The notes beneath the pieces are model-generated. The model saw only the letters and a program-made list of their open reading frames with translations. It made no database searches and was not told where the DNA came from. A DNA stretch of 62,858 nucleotides, filler included, from Chrysochromulina tobinii (Eukaryota), in the NCBI GenBank assembly GCA_001275005.1. It is 7 parts of 7 records of this genome, joined end to end, with 100 filler letters (N's around TTAATTAATTAA, not from the genome) between each part and the next. Parts side by side here need not be neighbours in the genome. Positions count along the whole stretch, not along the records: positions 17,628 to 22,309 come from JWZX01000714.1; positions 22,410 to 26,384 come from JWZX01000715.1; positions 26,485 to 48,408 come from JWZX01000716.1; 4 more parts are not named here. One strand, written 5' to 3'. Position 1 is the stretch's first letter, and each line of letters opens with the position of its first letter. Shown here piece after piece: positions 18,466 to 29,153 of this stretch. The position numbers and the translations under genes are program-made.

Positions 18466-21400
18466 ATGATGTCGGGCACCTTCCTGCTCGTCGTCGCCGC
18501 CGAGAGCGTAACCTCTGCACCCTTTGTTGGGGCAAACGTGCTGCGGGCGAGTCATCAGCTCTTCAACGGCGGCGCCTCGCCTCCCCCCCATTCACTCTGC
18601 ATGAACACGGGCGTGGACGCCTCGAACATCTATTGCGACAGCCCCGGCTCCGAGTTGCCGATGTGCGCATACGGCGCCGACTGCGCCCCGCGCATGCCGC
18701 GCTCGCCCCCGCAGCCACTGGTCTCCAGCCCACCGCGCCCCATCGCGTCAACACCTCCGACACCCGCGGCACCCCCTGCCCTTTGCATCGACCCTGTCAC
18801 TCGCATCGGAATGCCAGCTGATGCCTCGGATGGCTGCTGCGACGATGGCGGCCCGGGCGCCGAGTGCCCGGATGGCCAGTACGACACCGACTGCGCCGAC
18901 TGTGGCATGCGCCGACCGCTGCCACTGCCGACCGCTAGTTCACCCCCCGGCAAGGGCATCTGCTTGGAGACGTGCTTCTGCGCCGATTGCGCCAACTGCG
19001 GATCGCACACCGCCGTGCAATCGGCGCTGCCGCCTGTGGCTCTATCGCCTCCATCGCCTCCAAGGGTGCCGCCTACTTCTGGCAGCATCTCGACCGGCAC
19101 GCCCTCGCCGCCCTCGCCAAAGTCAACGGCCCCTCAGCCGCTGGCGCCACCGTCCGCACCCTCGCACCCCCCCTCGTCGCCCCCGCCAAGTTCGCTGCCG
19201 CCGCCCCAAGGCGCCACCTTACACTCGCATGCCAACTCTACAGCCACGGGATGGAAGGCCACCGCTCTCCAAGGCGAGATGGGTCGATTCGCTTGCCTGC
19301 TCTCGATGGTCTTCTTTGCGATGGCTGGCCTCGTCGCACGATCGGTGGGGCTGTTTAGAGCTCTGCGTTCGAGCACGAAGCGAGACGGGACGCAAGGAGC
19401 ACGTGGGAGTCGGCGAGGAAGGTTGCAGCCGGGATGTGCTCAATGGAGAGTCTGGCTGGCTATCCTCCTCAGCTTCCACAGGATGGCGAGCGTTGAATGC
19501 CAAAGCCCCAGCATGCCAGCGATCCCACGTCTAAGTGCCAGCATGAGCTCCACCTATAGTCTCTACCCCTTTCCCTACGCCTCGCTCTGCATCAATGACC
19601 AGACCTCAGATTTTTGCCACACCGATTCACAGGCCAATCCGGGTGAGGCCAATCCGTGGTTGTCCATTCAGATCTCAGGCCAACAAGCTGTGCGGCTTGT
19701 GTGGATCATGAATCGCGTTGACTGCTGTGCAGATCGCCTGTCGCCCTTCCAAATATGGGTCGGTGCGTCGCCAGGAGACTACAACTCAGCTACGTCGCAA
19801 GCGTGTGTCGTGGGTAATCAGATGGTCCCAGCCACGGCCGGACCGTTCACATTCGACTGCCAGAGGGATCTCAGTGGAACCTATGTGACCATCGTGCTGC
19901 CCGGGACTAATCGCATCCTCAACCTTGCCGAAGTGCGCATCTTTTCTTCTCCCAGCCCGCCAGCGATCCCACGTCTAAGTGCCAGCATGAGCTCCACAAC
20001 ATCTGAGTGGCCCCATCTCAGCCCTGCCCAGATCGTCTCGTTCTGCATCAGTGACCAGACCTCAGATCAATTTGATCATTGCCACTCCAACACTGAGGCC
20101 AATCCGTGGTTGTCCATTCAGATCTCAGGCCAACAAGCTGTGCGGCTTGTGTGGATCATGAATCGCGTTGACTGCTGTGCAGATCGCCTGTCGCCCTTCC
20201 AAATATGGGTCGGTGCGTCGCCAGGAGACTACAACTCAGCTACGTCGCAAGCGTGCGTCGTGGGTAATCAGATGGTCCCAGCCACGGCCGGTCCGTTCAC
20301 ATTCGACTGCCAGAGGGATCTCAATGGAACCTATGTGACCATCGTGCTGCCCGGGACTAATCGCATCCTCAACCTTGCCGAAGTGCGCATCTTTTCTTCT
20401 CCGCCGCCACCGCCGCCGCTGCCGCCGCGCTTGCCGCCGCCGCCCTCGCCGCCGCCCTCGCCGCCGCCGTATCCGCCGGGGACCGCGGCGGTGAGCACAG
20501 CCGCCGGCCTGACCAGCGCACTCGCCAACACCGCCGTCGGCCGCATCGTCCTTGCCTCCGGCACCTACTACCTCACCGCCGAGCTCAGCGTCACCAGGAG
20601 CGTCGTCCTCGAGGCGGCGGTGGCAGGCTCGGTCGTGCTGCACGCACAAGCGAGCTCCTCGAGTCCGCGTCGTGTGCTGAACATCAACCCGGGCTCGTCG
20701 GGCGTCGTGCAAGTGATCGGGCTCAGCATCACGGGAGGCTACACCTACTTTGGGGGTGGCGGTGTCTACGTTGTTGGAGGCACAGTCTCAATCATCAACT
20801 GCCAAGTGTTTTCAAACCAAGCTATATATCAATCTGGGATCTCTACGGACTATGGAGGCGGCGGTGGTGTATTCGTCTTTGGAGGCACAGTCTCTATAGT
20901 GAGCTCCCAGATCTACTCCAACACAGCTCTTGGCTCTGGATGGCCATATCATGGCAACATAGGAGGCGGCGGTGTCTTTGTCTCGGGAGGCACAGTGGCC
21001 ATCTCATCGTGCACCATCAGTGGGAACACAGCCAATGGGGGCGGCGGTGTCTATGTCGCGGGAACACACCCCGTACACACCCCGTCGGCACCGTCAGTCA
21101 CGATAACGTCTTCCTCGATCCACGGGAACACAGTTTCCGGAAATGATGGCGGCGGTGTCTTTGTCGCGGGTGGCACAGTGGCCATCTCATGGTGCACCAT
21201 CAGTGGGAACACAGCTGGCGCGGGGCTCAATGTCTATATCTATGGAGGCACTGTCTGCTCCTGGCCAACGACCCTCACTGATGGCGTCTATGGCACAATC
21301 TCAACTTGCCCGGCACCTCCTCCCTCGCTCCCGCCGCCGCCATCGGCCTCGCCGCCGCCGGCGCTTGCCGCCGCCGCCCCTCGCCGCCGCCCTCGCCGCC

Positions 21401-22309
21401 CTCGCCGCCGCGCTTGCCGCCATCTCCCTCGCCGCCGCCGTATCCGCCGGGGACCGCGGCGGTGAGCACCGCCGCCGGCCTGACCAGTGCACTCGCCAAC
21501 ACCGCGGTCGCCCGCATCGTCCTTGCCTCCGGCACCTACTACCTCACCGCCGAGCTCAGCATCACCAGGAGCGTCATCCTTGAGGCGGCGGTGGCAGGCT
21601 CGGTCGTGCTGGATGCACAAGCGAGCTCCTCGAGTCCGCGCCGTGTGCTGTTCATCAACCCGGGCTCGTCGGGCGTCGTGCAACTGATTGGGCTCAACAT
21701 CACCAGGGGGTACGTAGTGGGTTATGGTTCTGACGGATCGCCGCAAAGGGGTGGTGGTGTCAATGTCTATTCTGGCACAGTGACCATCTCATCATGCACC
21801 ATAAGTGGGAACTCAGCTGACCATGGCGGCGGTATCTATGTCTTTGTGACCACAGTGACCTTGTCATCGTGCACCATCAGTGGGAACACAGCGATGGGAT
21901 GGGAGTATGGGTCGGGTGGCGGTGTCGCTGTTGTGGGAGGCACAGTGACCATCTCATCGTGCACCATCAGCGGGAACACAGCTAGATATGGAGGTGGTGT
22001 CGCAGTCTATGGAGGCACAGTGACCATCTCATCGTGCACCATCAGTGGGAACACAGTTGTCACGGGGGCACTGTTCGTTATGGGTCCACGCCCGGGAGCT
22101 GCGGGGCCCGATGTCTTCGTCGATGTAGGCACTGTCTGCTCCTGGGCAACGACCCTCACCGGCGTCTATGGCACAGTCTCAACTTGCCCGGCACCCCCTC
22201 CCTCGCCCCCTCTGCCGCCCCCACCTCGCGCGCCACCACCTCCCCCCTCGCCTCCTCCTCCTTCGCCGCCTCCGTCGCCTCCCTCTCCGTCGCCTCCCCC
22301 TCCGTCGCC
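18466..22309 (+). CDS. Modular surface/secreted protein: degenerate Cys-rich repeats, 2 F-type lectin domains, 2 parallel beta-helix modules and Pro-rich linkers; frameshift ~21345-21380; 3'-partial
   Basis: Lectin motif CH...NPWL...MNRVDCCADRL occurs twice. Beta-helix rungs read GGGV.V.GGTV.ISSCTISGNTA. ORFs 18466..21465 and 21306..22361 join across single-base insertions in a CCG-rich tract. True start is uncertain (possibly ~19279). Confidence 0.75.
19507..20400 (+). repeat. Recent tandem duplication (~445-450 bp) of the F-type lectin module
   Basis: Copies 19507-19950 and 19951-20400 are near-identical from GAGGCCAATCCGTGG to CATCTTTTCTTCT and diverge only in the N-terminal loop region. 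Confidence 0.9.
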
Positions 22310-22409
22310 NNNNNNNNNNNNNNNNNNNNNNNNNNNNNNNNNNNNNNNNNNNNTTAATTAATTAANNNNNNNNNNNNNNNNNNNNNNNNNNNNNNNNNNN
22401 NNNNNNNNN
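22310..22409. other. Artificial contig-joining spacer
   Basis: 44 N + TTAATTAATTAA + 44 N. Confidence 0.98.
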
Positions 22410-25400
22410 CCGTATTCTCGGTGTATCCGATGATGCAATATTGGGAGGAACACACCGACCCACCGCAGTTGGAGCACGACGGTGGCGGGGGCGACGGTGG
22501 CGAGGGCGGCGGTGGCGGCGGCGCTGCCCCGCACCACGTGCGCATCATTGAGATGAGCGGCGCTGGCGTGCTCGGCAGGCCGCCGCCGAGCCGCACGGCA
22601 TCCAGCTGCGCCGGGCTGAGGGCGACGTCCCACACCAGCAGGTCCTTCATCTGGCCCGCGAACGTTCCCTCGACTTCCTCACCGGCCCAGTTGCTCTTGC
22701 CCACGTACATGTTGGAGCGGCTCACCGGCAGCGGGAAGCGCATCGACGACGTCGCCCCGACACTCACACCGTTCCAGTAGATCTGGGCGGGCCCGTAGGT
22801 GTCGGTGAGGCTCGCGCGCGACTGCACGACCGCGACGTGAGTCCACACGTTTGCGGGGAATGATGGCGCCGAGCTTGCAAAGAGTGTGGAGTCAGAACTC
22901 CCATGTAGCACATAGTACAGCATTGGTTCCCAGAAATTCAGTACGACGCTGTCTGCAGCTTGGCCGTTGCCGAAATCGATGATGCGATCCCCTCCGGAGC
23001 CTGTCCGCGTGCGGTAGACCCACGCGCTGAGCGTGAAGCCGAGCCCCCCGCCCACGAGTCCGGTGCGCGACGTGGCTGTCAAGTAGGAGGTCGCCGCCCC
23101 GGTGAAGGTGTACGCGCCGTCGACGGCGCACAGCGGCGGCGGCGGAGGCGGCGAAGGTGGCGGAGAGGCCACGGCACAGATCGTAAAGCCCGCTCCCGTG
23201 ACCGAGCTATCGCTGGACCAGGTCACCATTGTTCCGGCGACCACTTGCACATTCATCGGCCCGGTGGAGCCGGAGTACGCGGCGTTCCCAATCCTGACGA
23301 AATCGTAGCCGGACTCGGTGTTAAACTCGGTGGCGGTGATGGTCATCGACACTTGAGCCTGCATCGTGCAAGACTCGCCGTCGCCATAGTTTCCGCTGCC
23401 ATCGGTGATGCACAAGCCGTCGGACGAGACCGAACAATACAACGAGCCCGAAACAATCGTCCAGCGCAATTGCGCCGGGCAAGTGGAGACTGAGCCAGAG
23501 ACGCCTGTGAGGGTTGTTGGCCAGGAGCAGACGGTGGCTCCCCCCCAGGTCAAGACATAGACATTGGGCCCATATCCTGTGTTCCCGCTCATGGTGCACG
23601 ATGAGATGGCCACTGTGGCTCCAAAGACATAGACGCCGCCGCCTTCGCTATTAGCTGTGTTGCCAGTGATGGTGCACGATGAGAAGGCCACTGTGCCCTC
23701 CCTGAGATAGACACCGCCGCCATCGCTACCTGTGTTGCCAGTGATGGTGCACGATGAGAAGGTCACCGTGCCGTACCAGACACAGACACCCCCGCCCCGC
23801 CGATCTGCTCCGTTTGCAATGCCACCAGCTGTGTTCCCACTGATGGTGCATGACGACATGGTCACCGTGCCTCCATAGACATGGACACCGCCGCCATCCT
23901 CATCCGCGTAGCCTCCTGTGATGCTGAGCCCGATCAGTTGCACGACGTCCGATGATCCCAAGTTGATCCTCAGCACACGACGCCGACTGGAGGAGCTCGC
24001 TTGTGCGTCGAGCACGACCGTGGCTCCCGGCGCTGCCTCGATGACGACGCTCCTGGAGATGCTGAGCGTGGCACTGAGGTAATAGGTGCCGGAGGCTAGG
24101 ACAATTTGGCCAACCATGATGTTGGCAAGTGCACTGGTCATGCCGGCGACGGTGCTCACCTGGGTTTGCGAGCAAGTTGAGACTGAGCCAGAGACGTCTG
24201 TGAGGGTTGTTGGCCAGGAGCAGACGGTGGCTCCATTGGCTTTGACATTGGGCCCATCGGTAGCTGAGTTGGAGAAGATCTGCGAGTTGATGATTGAGAC
24301 TCTTCCGAAAAACACTGTAACACCGCCACCGCCGCCTCCGCCAGCAGTGTTCCCATAGATCGAGTTCCCATATATCGAGGAAGACATAATCGTGACGGTG
24401 CCTTGATAGCCCATGACACCGCCCCCCCCCACCCTCGCTGTGTTTCCATAGATGCTGGACGATTCTATCGTGACTGTGCCACTGTCGACACGAACACCGC
24501 CGCCCCATGTCGCTGTGTTCCCACTGATGGTGCACGATGAGATGGCCACTGTGCCACCCTCGACAAAGACACCGCCGCCTCCAGAAAAGGACATAGCTGT
24601 GTTGCCAGTGATGGTGCACGATGAGAAGGTCACCGTGCCACCCTGGACATAGACACCGCCGCCTCGAACAAAACGTATGGGATGTTCGCCAGCTGTGTTC
24701 CCACTGATGGTGCACGATGAGATGGCCACTGTGCCACCCTGGACATAGACACCACCGCCGTTTTCAGTGGAGATGGTGTAGCCTCCCGTGATGCCGAGCC
24801 CGATCAGTTGCACGACGCCCAAAGAGCCCGGATTGATGTTCAGCACACGGCGCGGACTCAAGGAGCTCGCTTGTGCGTTCAGGGTGACCGTGGCTCCCGC
24901 TGCCGCCTCAAGGATGACGCTCCTGGTGATGCTGAGCTCGGCGATGAGGTTGTAGGTGCCGGGGGCAAGGACGATGTGGCCGACGGCGGTGTTGGCGAGT
25001 GCACTGGTCAGGTCGGCGCTGGTGCTCACCACCGAGGTGCCTGGTGCATACGGCGGCCGCGGCGGCGGCGAAGGCGGCGGCGGGGGCGACGGCGGCGACG
25101 GCGGCAGCAGCAGCGGACGCGACGGTGGCGGCGTCGATGGTGGCGAAAGCGGCGGCGGCGAAAGTGGAGGCAGCGATGGCGGCGAAGGCGGCGGTGAGGG
25201 CGGTGAGGGCGGAAGTGTTGGCGACGGAGGCGGGGGGGCTGGGCAAGTTGAGACTGTGCCATAGACGCCGGTGAGGGTCGTTGGCCAGGAGCAGACGTCA
25301 CCTCCAACAACATAGACATTAGGCCCCGATGTCGCTATGTTTCCACTGATGGTGCACGATGAGATGGCCACTGTGGCGAACCCGAAATAGACGCCGCCAG

Positions 25401-26384
25401 CAATTACAGCTGTGTTGTCAGTGATGGTACACAATGACAAGGTCACCGTGCCACCGATCATCAAACCGCCGGCCAAAGATGCAGTGTTCCCATTGATGGT
25501 GCACGATGAGATGACCACCACTGTGATTGTGCTGGAATGGACGGCGACACCGCCGCCGTAGCCAGCTGAGTTCCCGTAGATCGAGGACGACATGATCGTG
25601 ACTGTGCCTTGATTGACCTCAACACCGCCGCCGGAACTAGATCCAGATGCAGCTGTGTTCCCACTGATGGTGCACGATGAGATGACCACTGTGGCATAGC
25701 CATGCCCGCTATACCCAACCATGACACCGCCACCGCTGCCACTTGAAGCTGTGTTCCCACTGATGGTGCACGATGAGATGGCCACTGTGCCGGAGTAGAC
25801 GGCGACACCACCAGCCGAATAGCCAGCTGTGTTGCCAGTGATGGTGCACGATGAGAAGGTCACCATGCCACCGTTGACGTAGGCACCGCCCCCCCCCAAT
25901 CCATTATACATCCCATTAAATGTGGCTGTATTGCCAGTGATGGTGCACGATGAGAAGGTCACCGTGCCACCGTTGATGTGGACACCTCCGCCAATCCCAT
26001 ATGTAGCTGTGTTGGAATACACTTGGCAATTGACTATTGAGACATTGCCTGAGGAGACGAAGACACCGCCACCGCCAATCCCATTGGCAGCTGTGTAGCC
26101 TCCCGTGATGCTGAGCCCGATCACTTGCACGACGCCCGACGAGCCCGGGTTGATGTTCAGCACACGGCGCGGACTTGAGTAGCTCGCTTGTGCATTCAGC
26201 ACTACTGAGCCTGCCACCGCCGCCTTGAGGACGACGCTCCTGGTGATGCTGAGCTCGGCGATGAGGTTGTAGGTGCCGGGGGCAAGGACGATGTGGCCGA
26301 CGGCGGTGTTGGCGAGTGCACTGGTCAGGTCGGCGCTGGTGCTCACCACCGAGGTGCCTGGTGCATACGGCGGCCGCGGCGGCG
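22410..26384 (-). CDS. Modular surface protein: 3 parallel beta-helix modules, CUB-like domain, LamG/ConA-like domain and Pro-rich linkers; partial at both ends
   Basis: One open frame spans the whole contig. Repeated (V)ST.A.LTSALAN...IVLA.GTY.L modules; CUB-like CITDGSGNYGDGESC...FNTESGYDFVRIG; LamG-like FTLSAWV...RIIDFGNG...WTHVAVV...IYWNG...FAGQMKDLLVWDVALS. Confidence 0.85.
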
Positions 26385-26484
26385 NNNNNNNNNNNNNNNN
26401 NNNNNNNNNNNNNNNNNNNNNNNNNNNNTTAATTAATTAANNNNNNNNNNNNNNNNNNNNNNNNNNNNNNNNNNNNNNNNNNNN
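26385..26484. other. Artificial contig-joining spacer
   Basis: 44 N + TTAATTAATTAA + 44 N. Confidence 0.98.
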
Positions 26485-28026
26485 TGGGGGGAGGGGTGGG
26501 GGGTGGGGTTTTGTCAACCGTCATCATATCTCTGCCGTCACACATAGACAATGCCCAAGACCTCAAAACCACACCACACTCGACAGGGACACTCGATGTG
26601 ACCGACCATCAGCTCAACACCCCGCTCAACCCGCCGCTTTTGCCGCTGGATTGGGGTTGGCCAGAGTTTCGCGAATCAAGGTCGCGAATTTGCCAGAGGC
26701 GCCGCAGTTATGATGATTGATGTCAGAGTTGTTGTTCTTTTATCTTGATTAAGACCTCCTGGTGGCGGTGGGCGGTTAGCCGTTGCCGTTAGGCGCGTGG
26801 CGTAACCTGCCCGGCCGCGCGCCCCGTCTGGCCGTTGACGAAACACCGGTTTCGTCAACCGTTGACGAAGCGCGTGGCGGGGCCCAACCGCATGCGACCC
26901 CGGGCAGCGGGGCAGTGTCATAGGCAGGACCTATAGTCCCCTAATAGTCCCCGTGCCCGGACCCTCGGTACACTGAGCATGGGTACCGACTACACAGGCT
27001 TCTGACTGACACAGGTGCGGCGAAGGGTGAGGGCCACGGAAAGAAGGGCGGAGAGGACCGCTGATCCGCCAATTGTGATCCGCACCATTGGAATCGGTGT
27101 GGAAGTCTCTAAGAGGGAACCGACTGGGTTTCGTCTCGACTCGATTCCTTTCGGACCCTCCGACTGGATTTCGTCAATCACGGTTCATCACAAACTTGGA
27201 ACAAACTAGGAACAAACGCCGTGATGAGCGCACCGAATGCAGTGGATTTGGATCATCGTCTCTCGCCCTCTATGCCCTTCATAACTGCGTTAAGTATGTA
27301 ACTTAGATTTCCGCAGTATTTTTTGAAATTTGCCACTCACTGCTCCACTTCATGTGCCTCCCAGGCACACGCAGTGAACATCAGAACATCCTGAACATGT
27401 ACCGGATAAGCATGGAAAGGTGCATATGGGCCCCCGGTCACTAACTCACAATGTGGACTCAGGCACGACCTAGGCACGACGGTACCTTGAGTACTGACCT
27501 CAAACTGTCTCGCCATCTTCGGCCCTTGTAGCCCCCCACAGCCCCGCCGCGCTGCGCGCCGCGTGCCGCGTGCCGTGCTGTCGCTCATTGGGTCCCACCC
27601 TCGTCCCCAGCCCCGCCGCGCCCGCGGATTCCGAAGTTGCGAAGAGTAGGGCGGTGTGAAATCTTTCGCCACGGAAATTTGCCATTGCGGGAGCGAAGAG
27701 TCAAGTGAGGAAAAAAAACTGGTAAGCACTAGAGCATACGTTCAGCCTGTCTCGAGTCCATACTGTCATCATTTCATGTGTGGTTATAATCCTGGGGCTT
27801 ATCTGAAAAAACTTGTTCTGCCGCTGTGCCGCTCCCACCGGTGCGGTGCGGGACCCACCGACCCGGGGGCGGCGAGCGGGCGACCCGCGGTACACGCGTT
27901 CCGTTTCCCGACCGACGGGCGGACCGGACCGGTCGCGGCGGGTCGAGTATTTTTTGAGAGGTGCACTCTTATACGGTTCGACGCGCGCGCACGCACTACG
28001 AATTTCTCCACAAGGCGCGGCTAGTC

Positions 28027-28932
28027 CTAAGTCTCGACCAGCGCCGTGGCGTGCACCACGCTGATGCCTTTCCAAAAGCCCGAGGACGTGCGCTGCGCCG
28101 GGCGGCCCATGCGCGCATTCCACTCGCGCAGCCGGTCGGCGATGTCGTCGTCGGCCACGCTCACGCCATCAGCGCTTCGGGCCATGTCAGCGTACCGGTA
28201 GCGCGGGTAGAAGCGCCGAAAGGCGGCGACGACCTCGCGCTCATGGCAACGGCCTCCCAACTCGAGTCGCTCGCTCGAGAAAAGGAGGAAGTCGTCGTAC
28301 AAGGTGGCGCGCAGGTCGCGCTCGGCGCGCGTGGGCAGTGGCTGCCGGATCACCTCGACCGTGCCGCCGCCAAGGCACGAGATGATCCCGATCGAGATGA
28401 CGAAACTCGGGTCCTCGAGCGTCACGAGCAGCAGCCGGCTGAGAATGAGCCCTGCGGCCAGGAATGGCAGCAGCACAAGCAGGCGCACGAGCGGCGGCGC
28501 CGTGGCGGCGAGCTTCTCCTTGCGGTCCTTGAGCCACTGGGCGTCGGGCGTGACCAGCTCTCCCACGACGGCCTCGAGCGCATGGCCTGGTCGGATGCCC
28601 TCGTCCGACACTAAGCCGGAAGGCGCGAGGATGAAGTCGGGGCCCAGCGCGAGTGCGACGCCCAGGAAGAGTGTTGCGAGGAGGTCGCCTTCGCTACAGG
28701 GTGCAAATATGGTCGAGGCAATGTCGGGCCAAGGGGTCACGGTCGCTGCCGTATAACTCGCCGGCTGCTCAATTTCGTAAGGATAGCGCGTTGGCGCGGG
28801 CGTGAACTCGTTGCCGCCAATTTTGACGATGATGGGATCCGGGAAGAGATCAACGACCATGCATGGCCATGTGCGCCGTGCTGTTCGACTCGCCGTTGCG
28901 CCGCTTGCACGCAGTGCGGGCAGCGAAAGCAT
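28027..28932 (-). CDS. Hypothetical membrane protein, probably plastid-targeted
   Basis: Likely start MLSLPALRASGATASRTARR at 28932, about three hydrophobic segments, and coding-like codon usage. Confidence 0.65.
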   Translation of the reverse strand: MLSLPALRASGATASRTARRTWPCMVVDLFPDPIIVKIGGNEFTPAPTRYPYEIEQPASYTAATVTPWPDIASTIFAPCSEGDLLATLFLGVALALGPDFILAPSGLVSDEGIRPGHALEAVVGELVTPDAQWLKDRKEKLAATAPPLVRLLVLLPFLAAGLILSRLLLVTLEDPSFVISIGIISCLGGGTVEVIRQPLPTRAERDLRATLYDDFLLFSSERLELGGRCHEREVVAAFRRFYPRYRYADMARSADGVSVADDDIADRLREWNARMGRPAQRTSSGFWKGISVVHATALVET

Positions 28933-29153
28933 AGGCGGTGGCACGGCGATCGATCCTACTATGCACGGGTGTTTCGCGGAGCGTCGGGCAAGCAACGAAT
29001 TCCGCAAACCCCAAACTTTAATGCATCGAGTCGCGCCGAAGCAAGCGCATGGAGTGGGCCGCTCAGGCCACGACACATACTGTAGGATTTCATGTTCTTT
29101 CACGACCTCGTTCACGACGGACGGCGACGGGGCTCTCGATCGCGTCCTTCCGA

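Noticed and set aside
21345..21380. Programmed frameshift or phase variation in the Pro linker
   Set aside because: Single-base insertions in a CCG-rich tract are better explained by sequencing error; this cannot be supported without reads.
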